In this document: piece by piece, positions 1 to 11,014 of the stretch
Layout of the letters: the number at the start of each line of letters is the position of its first letter
How positions within the stretch are numbered: the stretch's first letter is position 1
Origin: Mycoplasmoides genitalium G37
GTDB lineage: Bacteria; Bacillota_I; Bacilli_A; Mycoplasmatales; Mycoplasmoidaceae
Reading direction: 5' to 3'
Length of the DNA stretch: 32,000 bases
NCBI RefSeq assembly: GCF_000027325.1
Contig: NC_000908.2
Location: 450,001-482,000, forward strand
Made by a program: the position numbers and the translations under genes
Notes under the pieces: generated by a model
What the model was told of the DNA's origin: nothing
The model's database searches: none
The model's input: only the letters and a program-made list of their open reading frames with translations

Positions 1-722
<722 letters not shown>

Positions 723-733
723 TCTGCGTACTT

Positions 734-1048
734 TCAACGCACTTTAGCTGCAGTTTCTTTGATCGTTTTGCTTGGACTGTAGCGCACTAATGGTTTTGGT
801 GGGATATGTCTAATCTCACCTGTTTGCATATCCTTCTGATAACGTGCATTTCTAATAGTAATCCTTAATTTACCTAAATTTTCAGGTAATATACAAACAC
901 TTCTACTTACCAATTCATTTAGTAACAATGTGTTAAGGTATTTAAAGATTTCCTTAATTTTTTTTTCTTTTATACCAGTAGCAACTGCAATTATTTTATT
1001 GATTTCACTACGAGAAAGTGGCTTACTTGTATTTGATGTTTTTTCCAT
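734..1048 (-). CDS. HU/IHF-like DNA-binding protein (104 aa)
   Basis: C-terminal half GKLRITIRNARYQKDMQTGEIRHIPPKPLVRYSPSKTIKETA matches the HU/IHF pattern (TGE...IP.K..V.+.PSK). Confidence 0.75.
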   Translation of the reverse strand: MEKTSNTSKPLSRSEINKIIAVATGIKEKKIKEIFKYLNTLLLNELVSRSVCILPENLGKLRITIRNARYQKDMQTGEIRHIPPKPLVRYSPSKTIKETAAKVR

Positions 1049-1196
1049 ATAATTATTTTTTAAAACTTTATTAGCTCTGTTATTGCTAAAAACAAAAGAG
1101 AAACAATTTAACGCATTCTATTTTATTATTGATTCAACAATTAAATTAAAACACTTATAAAGTAAATTTTTAGACAATTATTTCTATTCTTAAGAC

Positions 1197-1610
1197 ATGG
1201 AACAAAACAATATTAAAGAACAACTTATTTCTTTCTTTAATCAAGCATGTTCTACCCACCAAGAAAGACTTGATTTTATCTGTTCTACAAGAGAAAGTGA
1301 TACTTTTTCTAGTGTTGATGTACCACTTGAACCCATTAAAAATATTATTGAAATAACTAAAGATGAAAATCAACAAATTGAAATTACAAAAATAGCTGTT
1401 AATAACATTAAAACATTATCTTCTGTTGGTGCAACCGGTCAGTATATGGCATCTTTCTTTTCAACGAATAGTGAGCCAGCTATAATATTTTGCGTCATTT
1501 ATTTTTTATATCACTTTGGTTTTTTAAAAGATAACAATAAAAAACAAATAATAAAAAAGGCTTATGAAACTATTGCTGATAACATTGCTGACTATTTAAA
1601 TGAAAATTAG
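1197..1610 (+). CDS. Conserved hypothetical protein (137 aa), MG354-like
   Basis: Intact ORF without TGA; gene order and size match MG_354. No functional motif recognised. Confidence 0.8.
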   Translation: MEQNNIKEQLISFFNQACSTHQERLDFICSTRESDTFSSVDVPLEPIKNIIEITKDENQQIEITKIAVNNIKTLSSVGATGQYMASFFSTNSEPAIIFCVIYFLYHFGFLKDNNKKQIIKKAYETIADNIADYLNEN

Positions 1611-1612
1611 GT

Positions 1613-3757
1613 TTAAGACTTATTATTTTGTGTAATGGTAATATTGTCTTTAACAACTGCAATGTTGTATCCAACACCTTTTTTTATCTTTCCCTGAAGG
1701 ATATATTTAGCTATTAAAGTTGCAACACTATGATCAATAAAGCGCTTAATTGGTCTTGCACCAAACTGTTGATCAAAACTACTTTTATAGATAAACTCTG
1801 TTAGATTTGAATCAAAATTAAAAAATAAATTTTGTTTATTCAAGCGTTTTGAAAGTTGTGCCAACAAGCTGTTGATTATCGATAAAACTGTATCTTTCTC
1901 AAGAACATTGAAAAATACTATCTCATCAATACGATTTATAAATTCAGGACGGAAATGTTTCTTTAGACTTTGAATGGCCAAATCTTTTTTTCCTTCTAAA
2001 AGAAAATTTGAACCTAGGTTAGAAGTCATAATTATCAAAGTATTTTTGAAATTAACAACCCTTCCTTGTGAATCTTTTAAAGTACCATCATCTAAAACTT
2101 GTAATAAAACATTAGTTACATCAGGATGTGCCTTTTCAATTTCATCAAATAACAAGACGCTATAAGGTTTTCTTCTAACCGCTTCAGTTAGCAAACCTGA
2201 TTGTTCATAACCTATGTACCCTGGGGGTGCACCAATTAATTTAGCTACTGAATGTTTTTCCATATATTCACTCATATCAAAACGAATCAGAGCTTTTTCA
2301 TTGTCAAAAAGAACTTCTGCTAATGATTTGGCAAGTTCAGTTTTACCAACACCAGTAGAACCTAAAAAGATGAAAGAACCAATAGGTTTGTTTGGGTCAT
2401 TTATATTTACTCTACCTCTAATTACAGTGTTAACAACAGCATCGATGGCTTCATCTTGTCCTTTAACTCTTTTTTTGATTTCATCACCTAAGTGCAAAAG
2501 TTTATCCTTTTCACTTTCTAATAGTTTTTTAAGTGGAATTCCTGTTGTTTGTGAAATAACTTCAGCAATTTCATTTTCAGAAACTTCAGTTTTAAATAAA
2601 TCGTGCTTAGAAGTTGCATATTTTTGTTGTGCACTTTCCAGTTCTTTTTTAAGTCTTGGGATATCAGAGTACAGAATTTTAGATGCACTTTCATAATTTC
2701 CTTCACTTTGGTATGTCTCTAGTTTGGTTTGAAATTCTTCAATCTCTTTTTTGAGCTTATTAATGTTTTCAAAATCAGCCTTTTCCTTTTTTCATTCATT
2801 TATAAGTGAATCACGCTTTTGTTTAAGAGCATCTAATTGTTTTTTTAGTTTCTCTAAATATTCTTTCTTTGATTGTTTGTTATCATTTTCCTTATCTTGT
2901 TTAAGAGCTGCATACTCTGTCTCAAGATTGATTATTTCACGTTTAAGACTATCTATTGCAACTGGTTCAGATGACATTTCTGTTTTGATCTTAGCAGCAG
3001 CCTCATCAATAAGATCAATGGCTTTATCAGGTAAATTACGTTCATTAATATAACGAGTTGACATTTCAACAGCAGCTACTAAAGCACTATCAAAAATAGT
3101 GATGTTATGAAAGAGTTCTCAACGTGTTTTTAAACCACGCATAATTGTTAGTGCCTCTTGACTACTAGGCTCGTTAATAAGAATTTTTTGAAATCTACGT
3201 TCTAAAGCGCCATCTTTTTCAATGTATTCCCGGTATTCTTTTAGAGTAGTAGCGCCAATTACTTTTATTTCTCCTCGAGCTAGCATCGGCTTTAATATAT
3301 TGGCAATATCCATTGCACCACTGCTAGAATTACGTCCTAATCCAACTATTTGGTGAATTTCATCAATAAAAAGAATAATCCTGCCATTTGATTCTTTTAC
3401 TTGCTTAAGAATGGTATTAATTCTTTTTTCAAATTCACCTTGGAATTTAGTGCCAGCAATTAATCCAGAAAGAGATAGTTCATAAATTTCTACATCCCTT
3501 AAATTTAAAGGTACATCATTACTAACAACTCTTCTAACAAAACCTTCTACTATTGCGGTTTTACCAACTCCAGGTTCACCAATTAAAACAGGATTGTTTT
3601 TGCTTTTACGACTTAATATCTCAATTAAACGACGAATTTCGTTATCTCTTCCAATAATAGGATCGACCTTATTTTTTAATACTTCATCGTTAATATTACG
3701 ACCAATTTCTTGCAAAAAATTACGATTTTCACCAGCAGGTGTGAAATTAATATTCAT
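1613..3757 (-). CDS. clpB: ATP-dependent chaperone ClpB (714 aa)
   Basis: Track fragments 3119..3757, 2792..3064, 2518..2706 and 1613..2497 join in one frame across TGA(Trp). Walker [10 protein letters not shown] and [10 protein letters not shown], Walker [10 protein letters not shown] and [13 protein letters not shown], coiled-coil middle domain. Confidence 0.98.
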
Positions 3758-3768
3758 TTTAATTGCTC

Positions 3769-3774
3769 ACTCCT
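3769..3774 (-). promoter_or_regulatory. Shine-Dalgarno AGGAGT upstream of clpB
   Basis: Minus strand reads AAAAGGAGTGAGCAATTAAAATG. Confidence 0.7.
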
Positions 3775-3786
3775 TTTAATGCAAAA

Positions 3787-3792
3787 ATTATA
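3787..3792 (-). promoter_or_regulatory. Probable -10 hexamer TATAAT of clpB promoter
   Basis: Minus strand GAGTGCTAATTTTATATAATTTTTGC, just downstream of the CIRCE palindrome. Confidence 0.55.
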
Positions 3793-3797
3793 TAAAA

Positions 3798-3824
3798 TTA
3801 GCACTCAAGGCATTCGAGTGCTAA
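3798..3824. promoter_or_regulatory. CIRCE operator (HrcA binding site)
   Basis: Exact TTAGCACTC-N9-GAGTGCTAA upstream of clpB. Confidence 0.97.
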
Positions 3825-3910
3825 TTAAAAACTAGGTTTTTTGTTTATCTCTAATTTATCTAATCAGAGTTGATATTTTTGTCAAAATAATTAGAAACCT
3901 AAAATAACTA

Positions 3911-4753
3911 TTAACTATTTTTTTGTGCTTGTTTTCAAATTGAGGGAAATAATGCTTTTAAAAAGTATTCTAATCGTTTTTCAACTCATTTTCGATAGTT
4001 TAAAATTGCTTCTGTTTGGGGCATAATCTCAGTTCATTGAAAAGCAAATAATAAAACATAAATAACTGTTTCAAAAACAAGCTTACGCTTAAGTCCACCA
4101 TAAATATCAATAAGTTTATTTGCTGTTTCTATGGTTAGTTCTTCACGAATAATATTAGCTATTTCATAATAAGGATTATCAACACAAGATCATTCAAAAT
4201 CAATAAGGATTACTTGCTTTTTAGGTGTTCAAACCAAATTATCAAAAGTAGCATCATGATGACAGAGAGTTTTTGGTATGTCAATATGCTTCTTAGTTAA
4301 ATTAAGATATAACCGTTTATAAAAAGCGGAAAGCTTAGTTTTTTCAAAATAAACCAAAGGATCAAATATTAAAAGTTCATTAGCAAATGGTTTTCAGTCA
4401 ACTGAATGAACTTTTTTTAAAGATTCAACCAATCTGCATAAAAATAGATCAGTTGCTCTTTTAGGTTGAGTGCCTTCTATCCACCTTTTTATAGCATTAC
4501 CTGTTGTTACATCAAAATAAACAAATGGGTTTGAAAAAAAAGGTTCTACTAGTTGCAAAATAATTTGTTCATTTCTTCTGTCTAAAATAACATCTTTTCT
4601 TGAAAGTCTTATTTGAAATTTACTATGATCTTTCAATTCACAAAAAAAAGAAAAATTAGTAAAACCAGAATGAATTTGCTCTATCTTGAAAATATCTGTT
4701 TCTACAACTTGAAGTTTTTCACAAAGAAAAGCAACCGCTTTTTTTAAATCCAT
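3911..4753 (-). CDS. Choline/aminoglycoside kinase-family phosphotransferase (LicA-like, 280 aa)
   Basis: Frame from ATG 4753 continues through TGA(Trp) to TAA 3911-3913. Minus translation has the HxDxxxxN catalytic-loop motif '[11 protein letters not shown]' and 'VILIDFDWS'. Confidence 0.8.
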
Positions 4754-4765
4754 TAATTTTGATGA

Positions 4766-5947
4766 TTATTTTTTAATGTTTGTACTTACTCTCAAAGCAT
4801 CTTCTACAATCATCAATTCCTCATTTGTACGAACTCTAAAAATTTGATACTTGCTTTCATTTGTTGAAATTAGAGAACTATCTTGATAATTTCCAAATAA
4901 ATTACTGTTAGTTTTAAAACCAAGTGAAGCAACTTTTTCAATTATTAATTGCACACAATAACTAGCATTTTCACCAACTCCCCCAGTAAATACCAAGCTA
5001 TCAATTTCACCTGAAAGTTGATTTAGGTATTTAGCAATATAGTCAGCAACACGATTAACATACATTTTTATAGCAATATCATTAATTTCTGGTTTATCAA
5101 AAATATCACGCATGTCAGAACTACCTGTTATAGCAAACATTCCACTCTTTTTATTTAATTCATTTACAACATCATTACATGAAAGCTTTTGCTGTTCAGC
5201 AATGTAACTAACAATGGCAGGATCAATATCACCACTACGTGTTCCCATTATTAATCCTTCAAGGGGAGTGAATCCCATCGATGTGTTTAGTGATTTGCCT
5301 TGTTTAATCGCACAAACACTTGCACCATTACCAAGATGACAAACAATTAAATTAAGTGGTTTTTTATTAAACTTTTTTTCTAAAAACTCGTTAATGTATT
5401 TATAAGAAGTTCCATGAAAACCATATCTTCTTACTAAGTTATTTTTCTCTCAATTTTCAGGAACTGCATAAAGATAATTTTCCCTTGGAATAGTAGTGTG
5501 AAAAGTGGTATCAAATACAGCAACATTCTTAGCAGTTTTTATCTCTTTTAGAAAAATTTCAATAACATCTGCTTCTGGTTTATTATGAAGCGGTGCTAAC
5601 TTAATGAATTCTTTTATTTTTGCTAGTGAATGTGTATCAACAAGAACTGCATCTGTAAAATAATTTGCTCCTTGTACTACTCTATGCCCTATTAGCCCAA
5701 TTTCTGAAAGTTCAGTAATAATTTTGTTTTTTTTAAGCGCATTTAAAAAATGCTTAACAGCAAGATTATGATCATTAAATTGAACCTTTTCTTCTATCTT
5801 TTTTTGATTAAATTCAAGCTTAAAAAAACCATCAATGAAAATACGTTCACAAAGTCCTTTAGCTAGTACTTGTTTTTTATCATTAAAAAGTTGAAATTTA
5901 ATTGAACTGCTACCTGCATTAACAACCAAGATTTTGTGACTTTGCAT
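4766..5947 (-). CDS. ackA: Acetate kinase (393 aa)
   Basis: KILVVNAGSSSIKFQLF, GHRVVQGANYFTD, VAVFDTTFHTTIP, GTRSGDIDP, LVFTGGVGENA; two track ORFs joined across TGA(Trp). Confidence 0.98.
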
Positions 5948-6054
5948 TTAACCGAAGAATATTTACCTTATTTATTAAAAAATAATACTAAATTAATATA
6001 GTGTGGAATAATTAAATGTTTTAACTAAAAAGAAATATTATTAAATCTTAAACA

Positions 6055-6264
6055 ATGAAAATTAAAAAATGCTATATTATCGCTGTTATTTCAGCTTTTA
6101 TTGGTTTTCTTTTTTACTTTTTATCTTCACTTATAGGGATAACAGATGTTAATAATGCAAAAACAGTAGCAACTGTATTTTTTGTATTAGCAACATTAAT
6201 AGTTGTTAATGCTATTGTCTTCTGGATTCTTTATCTATTCAAAAAAAAGAACGTAGTTAAGTAA
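6055..6264 (+). CDS. Small hypothetical membrane protein (69 aa, two predicted TM segments)
   Basis: MKIKKCYIIAVISAFIGFLFYFLSSLIG...TVATVFFVLATLIVVNAIVFWILYLFKKKNVVK: two hydrophobic spans with basic flanks. Confidence 0.6.
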   Translation: MKIKKCYIIAVISAFIGFLFYFLSSLIGITDVNNAKTVATVFFVLATLIVVNAIVFWILYLFKKKNVVK

Positions 6265-6326
6265 ATTTATTTGTCACTAATAGTTTTTTAGCACATTAAT
6301 TTGATAGAAAACAAATTGAATGTAAT

Positions 6327-6752
6327 ATGGAAACTATCAGAGAAACACTTTCTTCTATACAAAGAAGCAATTTTTTATTAAATGAAAGCGCACAAATTCT
6401 CAATACGTGTGTAAACAAGAACACATTGCTTGACGATAAGCTGCGCAATTCGATTAATTTTGCACTTAGCATCATTAAGCTAGCAGACTTTTGTCTAAAG
6501 GATGATACTGAAAAAATTAATCAATTCTTAGGTAAAACATATGATTTACCATGAGAGTTTCAATTTAACCAAAAAGACAAGCATATAGAATGCACTGTCA
6601 AAGACAATTTTGGTCGTGAGAAACTAATAAATTTGATTTTTCAAATTGGTGATGCTATTGAAACTTATCATACTACTTTAATAAGATTCAAAATTCCCAA
6701 GCATTGTTTGAATGCAAGGGATCAAATCAAAAAAATAATGGAGGGCAAATAA
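6327..6752 (+). CDS. Hypothetical protein (141 aa) immediately upstream of ruvA
   Basis: Track ORF 6327..6554 extends through TGA(Trp) ('YDLPWEFQFNQKDKHIECTVKDNFGREKLINLIFQIGDAIETYHTTLIRFKIPKHCLNARDQIKKIMEGK') to TAA 6750-6752, 2 nt before the ruvA ATG. Confidence 0.75.
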
Positions 6753-6754
6753 AA

Positions 6755-7372
6755 ATGATTACATCTATCTTTGGAAAAGTTACTTTTGTAGGCAAAAGAA
6801 AAATAATTGTTGAGCACAACTGGATTTCATATTGATTTAATACAAAAGAAAACCATAAATTTGAAAAAAATTTGGAAAAAAATAAGCAAATTTTTTGTCA
6901 TATTATTAAAAAAATTGTCGCTAACCAAATTATAGAAGAGGCTTTTGCCTTTAATACTCTAGAAGAAAAAGAGTGGTTCTGTAGATTAATAGAACTCAAT
7001 GGTATTGGTAGTAAAACTGCACTTAATTTGCTCAATAATGACCTTGAGGAAATTAAACAATACATTCTGGAAAATAACTACAGTGCATTATGTGGTATTA
7101 ACGGTGTAAATAACAAAATAGCTCGTGCACTTTTATCACTTGAAATATTTGAAAAATCTGAAAATAATAAAAATATTAAAGGAGTTCAAGTTGCTGATGG
7201 TTATGATGAATTGTTTGAAACACTAAAGTCACTTGGTTACAAACAACAAGAAATTCAGGATGCACTAAAAATGATAGAAGTAAAACCTGATTTTGATATA
7301 AGTCAGTTAGTTGCAGAAGTAATTAAATTAATGTCTTTTAAGAATAATGAAATTACAAATAAAACCGCCTAA
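6755..7372 (+). CDS. ruvA: Holliday junction branch-migration protein RuvA (205 aa)
   Basis: ATG 6755, MITSIFGKVTFVGKRKIIVEHNWISYWF...; helix-hairpin-helix LNGIGSKTALNLL and INGVNNKIARALL; C-terminal UBA-like 'LKSLGYKQQEIQDALK'; abuts ruvB. Confidence 0.92.
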
Positions 7373-8270
7373 TACCTTTGATGAATTTGTAGGAAAACAA
7401 GAAATAATTAGTCAAATTCAATTAAGTATTAAAGCATCTAAATTAAATAAAACACAACTAGATCATATCTTGTTATATGGCCCACCTGGTGTGGGTAAAA
7501 CTACTTTAGCCAGATTAATAGCAAATGAATTGAAAACAAAGTTGCAAATTATTCAAGGTGGACATTTACAAAAACCAAGCGATTTCTTAAACGCAATTTC
7601 ACTCATTAAAAAAGGTGATGTTCTTTTTATAGATGAGATCCATGCCGTAGCACCTAATGTCATGGAACTAATGTATCCAGTTATGGATGTGTTCAAAATA
7701 CAAGTATTAATTGGCAAGGATTTTAATTCCAAGATAGTTGAAATGAAGGTAAATCCTTTTACTCTAATTGGTGCAACTACACAACTTGGTAAAATCATCA
7801 ATCCTTTAGAAGATAGATTTGGCGTTATCTTAAACATTAACTATTATTCAAATGCTGAAATTGAAAAGATGGTAAGTATCTATGGAAAGCAAATGAAGTT
7901 AGAGCTAAATTCAAATGAAATTTCAGCTATCACTGAACATAGTAAACAAACACCAAGAATTGCAATTAGAATAGTTAGAAGAATATTTGAACAAAAAATT
8001 GTTAATAAAAAAATAGACCTTGAGGGTTTGTTTAAGAATTTAATGATTTATAAAAATGGTCTGCAAAGTATTGATGTCCAATATCTTGAGGTTTTAAATC
8101 GCCAAAATGAACCACAAGGAATTAAGTCAATTAGTTCCATGTTAGGTATAGACAGACACACTATAGAAAATAAAATTGAACCTTTTTTGTTGCGTGAAAA
8201 TATGATTCAAAAAACCAAAAAAGGCAGGATTATTACAAATAGCGGAAGAGAATATTTAGTTAACTTTTAA
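7347..8270 (+). CDS. ruvB: Holliday junction DNA helicase RuvB (307 aa)
   Basis: LLYGPPGVGKTTLARLIANEL, VLFIDEIHAV, IGATTQLGKI, C-terminal winged-helix TKKGRIITNSGREYL; overlaps the ruvA 3' end. Confidence 0.97.
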   Translation: MKLQIKPPNTFDEFVGKQEIISQIQLSIKASKLNKTQLDHILLYGPPGVGKTTLARLIANELKTKLQIIQGGHLQKPSDFLNAISLIKKGDVLFIDEIHAVAPNVMELMYPVMDVFKIQVLIGKDFNSKIVEMKVNPFTLIGATTQLGKIINPLEDRFGVILNINYYSNAEIEKMVSIYGKQMKLELNSNEISAITEHSKQTPRIAIRIVRRIFEQKIVNKKIDLEGLFKNLMIYKNGLQSIDVQYLEVLNRQNEPQGIKSISSMLGIDRHTIENKIEPFLLRENMIQKTKKGRIITNSGREYLVNF

Positions 8271-9504
8271 GCTTATTAGCTCTTTTAATAATTTCAAAAC
8301 CAAAACTTTCATTAATATCAAAAATTAATTTATCAAGTGAAGATTCTTCGCTTAATTTGCTAATTGATTTTGGTATGAATTGATAAAATAAAGATTTTTT
8401 CTGTCCTTCATCTGTATCTATCTTTTTTAAATCAAAAAAACTAATACCTATTAATCGAACGTTCTTTTCAGTATTAATTAATAGTCTGTTGAATAATCGT
8501 TTTGTTATTGACAGTAGTTTTCTATAATCGTTTGAATATTTTTTCATTTTATTTGAATGAGAATTAACAATAAAATCATTGCTTTTCAATTGCACAACTA
8601 TCCCTTTACACACTTGTGAAGAGAGTTGTAATCTTATAAAGAGCTGATCAAATATTTGCGTTAACTTTTTATTTAACTGATTGTTTGAATAATTTAAATC
8701 TTCTAACGTTTCACTGACTGCAAAAGAGCGAGACTTAACCTGATTGTTATTATCTGTATATCATTTGCCTAGTGAAACTGCTTTTAAAGATTCTCAAAAA
8801 TTACCAAATACTTTTTTTAAAAGCGAAGCATCTTCACAAACTGCTAGATCATTTATTTTGTAAAAATTATTTTTAAAAACTAAATCAATATGTTTTTCTC
8901 CTATCCCTGGAATTTCAGTAATTGGTAGTGGTCAAAGTTTTTTTTTAATATCCTTAACTGAACAACTTTTAATTCCAAATGGTTTTGCTTGATTTGAAAA
9001 AATCTTAGCAATTAAAAAATGATCTGAGATGCCAATTGAAATTTTGATTCTCAAGTTTTGAAAAACAAAATTTTTTATTTTTTTCGCTATTAAAAATGCC
9101 TTTTTAAATGAAATGTTTTGAAAACAAGCAACCCCTTCATCAACAGAAAGAACATCAATTTTTAATGAAAAAGTGCTTTCAATAACTGAAAAAATACGTT
9201 TAGAATGTTTTCTGTAATTACGAAAATTAGAATGTGCAAAAATAGCATTTGGACATAGTTCTAATGCTTTTAAAATAGACATTCCAGATCTAATTCCATA
9301 ACTACGAGCAACATAGTTACAAGTTGAAACTACACTTCTTGAAAAGCGATTACCAACTATTAAGGGTTGATTAACTAATTCTGGATTTTCTAATTCTTCA
9401 ACAGATGCAAAAAAAGCATCAAAATCAAAATAAAGAAAAATTAAATTTTTATCAATTAAATATTCTGGTTCAAAATATGTAAAGGTGTTAATCATATTTA
9501 TCAA
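8260..9504 (-). CDS. Y-family (DinB/UvrX-like) DNA polymerase (414 aa)
   Basis: One frame across TGA(Trp): IYFDFDAFFASVEELENPEL, YVARSYGIRSGMS, LSVDEGVACF, KISIGISDHFLIAKIFSNQAKPFGI. Confidence 0.9.
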
Positions 9505-9614
9505 GTTATGTTATTATTTACTTGCAATAAAACCAAAGAAAATAACGAGTTTTTAACTTTAATAAAGTTATCGAGGATTTATCATCGTTTGTGCTATTGC
9601 GAATATTGTAGTTA

Positions 9615-10103
9615 ATGGTAGATAGTAAGAAAAATAAAAAACAGCAGGTTACGGATTTTTCTAATTTACTCTCTCAAAGTAAAGGATTTGTTATTTTTGA
9701 CTATTCAGGAATGTCTGCTGTTGATGCAACTTTAATGAGAAAAAAGTTGTTTAATAAGGGTAGTAAGATAAAAATTGTTAAAAACAATATCTTAAGACGT
9801 GCTTTAAAAACTAGTAATTTTGAAGGTGTTGATGAATCGGTCATCAAAGGAAAAATTGCAGTTGCTGTTGGTATTAACGAGATCTTAGAAACCTTAAAAG
9901 TTGTTGATAGTGTAGTTAAAGAAAAAGAGTTAATGAAATTTGTTTGTGGTCATTTTGATAACCGTATTTTTAATAGTGATGACTTACAAAAAATAGCAAA
10001 ACTCCCTGGTAGAAATGAACTTTATGGAATGTTTCTTTCAGTTCTACAAGCACCATTACGAAAATTTCTCTATGCTCTTCAGGCAGTAAGGAATGCTAAG
10101 TAA
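9615..10103 (+). CDS. rplJ: 50S ribosomal protein L10 (162 aa)
   Basis: KGFVIFDYSGMSAVDATLMRKKLF...IKIVKNNILRRAL; followed by rplL. Confidence 0.97.
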   Translation: MVDSKKNKKQQVTDFSNLLSQSKGFVIFDYSGMSAVDATLMRKKLFNKGSKIKIVKNNILRRALKTSNFEGVDESVIKGKIAVAVGINEILETLKVVDSVVKEKELMKFVCGHFDNRIFNSDDLQKIAKLPGRNELYGMFLSVLQAPLRKFLYALQAVRNAK

Positions 10104-10125
10104 ATTAAATAAATAGAAAAATATT

Positions 10126-10494
10126 ATGGGAAAACTAGATAAAAAACAATTAATTGAATCTCTAAAAGAGATGACTATAGTTGAAATTGATGAAATAATC
10201 AAGGCTGTTGAAGAAGCATTTGGTGTAACTGCAACTCCAATAGTAGCTGCTGGCGCAGCTGGTGCTACACAAGAAGCTGCTAGCGAAGTTAGTGTAAAGG
10301 TAACAGGATATGCTGATAATGCTAAGTTAGCTGTTTTAAAACTTTATCGTGAAATTACTGGAGTTGGTTTAATGGAAGCTAAAACTGCAGTTGAAAAATT
10401 ACCTTGCGTTGTAAAACAAGATATTAAACCAGAAGAAGCAGAAGAACTTAAAAAGCGTTTTGTTGAAGTTGGTGCAACTGTTGAAGTTAAATAA
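10126..10494 (+). CDS. rplL: 50S ribosomal protein L7/L12 (122 aa)
   Basis: Alanine-rich hinge, [45 protein letters not shown]. Confidence 0.98.
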   Translation: MGKLDKKQLIESLKEMTIVEIDEIIKAVEEAFGVTATPIVAAGAAGATQEAASEVSVKVTGYADNAKLAVLKLYREITGVGLMEAKTAVEKLPCVVKQDIKPEEAEELKKRFVEVGATVEVK

Positions 10495-10496
10495 AG

Positions 10497-10670
10497 ATGG
10501 CAGTACAACAACGGCGTTCTAGTAAACACCGTCGTGATAAAAGACGTTCTCACGATGCACTTACTCTACAAACTTTAAGTGTTTGTAAGAAATGTGGTAA
10601 GAAGAAGTTATCACATCGTGTGTGCTCTTGTGGTATGTACGGTGAACTAAGAGTTAAAAAAGCTCACTAA
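10497..10670 (+). CDS. rpmF: 50S ribosomal protein L32 (57 aa)
   Basis: [57 protein letters not shown]; four-Cys zinc ribbon. Too short for the supplied track. Confidence 0.95.
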   Translation: MAVQQRRSSKHRRDKRRSHDALTLQTLSVCKKCGKKKLSHRVCSCGMYGELRVKKAH

Positions 10671-10684
10671 TTCACAGATAAATA

Positions 10685-10951
10685 TTATTGTTTTTTTGCA
10701 GTTGAATTTGTATTACTTTTATGCAAAATAACAGCATTTTTTGATTTTAAACGCTTAGCTCTGTTTAAAGAAATAATCCCTTTTCTGGCTAAACGATCTG
10801 CTTGAGAATAAACAGAACTGAGATTATCTAAATTAATCTCTTTATTAAATTTTTTAACATTAGTTTTTAGTTTAGTTTTTTGTCCTTTATTATTTAAATT
10901 TCTCTTAATGTCTTGACGTAATCGTTTTTCGTTAGATTTAATATTAGCCAT
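10685..10951 (-). CDS. rpsT: 30S ribosomal protein S20 (88 aa)
   Basis: MANIKSNEKRLRQDIKRNLNNKGQKTKLKTNVKKF... typical S20. Confidence 0.93.
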   Translation of the reverse strand: MANIKSNEKRLRQDIKRNLNNKGQKTKLKTNVKKFNKEINLDNLSSVYSQADRLARKGIISLNRAKRLKSKNAVILHKSNTNSTAKKQ

Positions 10952-11014
10952 TTAGGTTATTAATTAGTTTTAGAGTATATTATTATCTTGATTATATTGT
11001 AACTAGAACCATAT

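Noticed and set aside
1170-1376. 68-aa minus-strand ORF
   Set aside because: Antisense to the well-supported 137-aa ORF 1197..1610.
1974-3053. Plus-strand ORFs of 63, 160 and 100 aa (1974..2165, 2214..2696, 2751..3053) antisense to clpB
   Set aside because: Composition mirrors the conserved clpB coding strand; no start context, no domain, and fully inside a strong minus-strand gene.
3594-3779. 61-aa plus-strand ORF over the clpB 5' end
   Set aside because: Antisense shadow of the ClpB N-terminal coding region.
7553-7837. 94-aa minus-strand ORF inside ruvB
   Set aside because: Antisense shadow of conserved ATPase motifs; no independent support.
10344-10553. 69-aa minus-strand ORF across rplL/rpmF
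   Set aside because: Lies over two confident ribosomal protein genes on the other strand.
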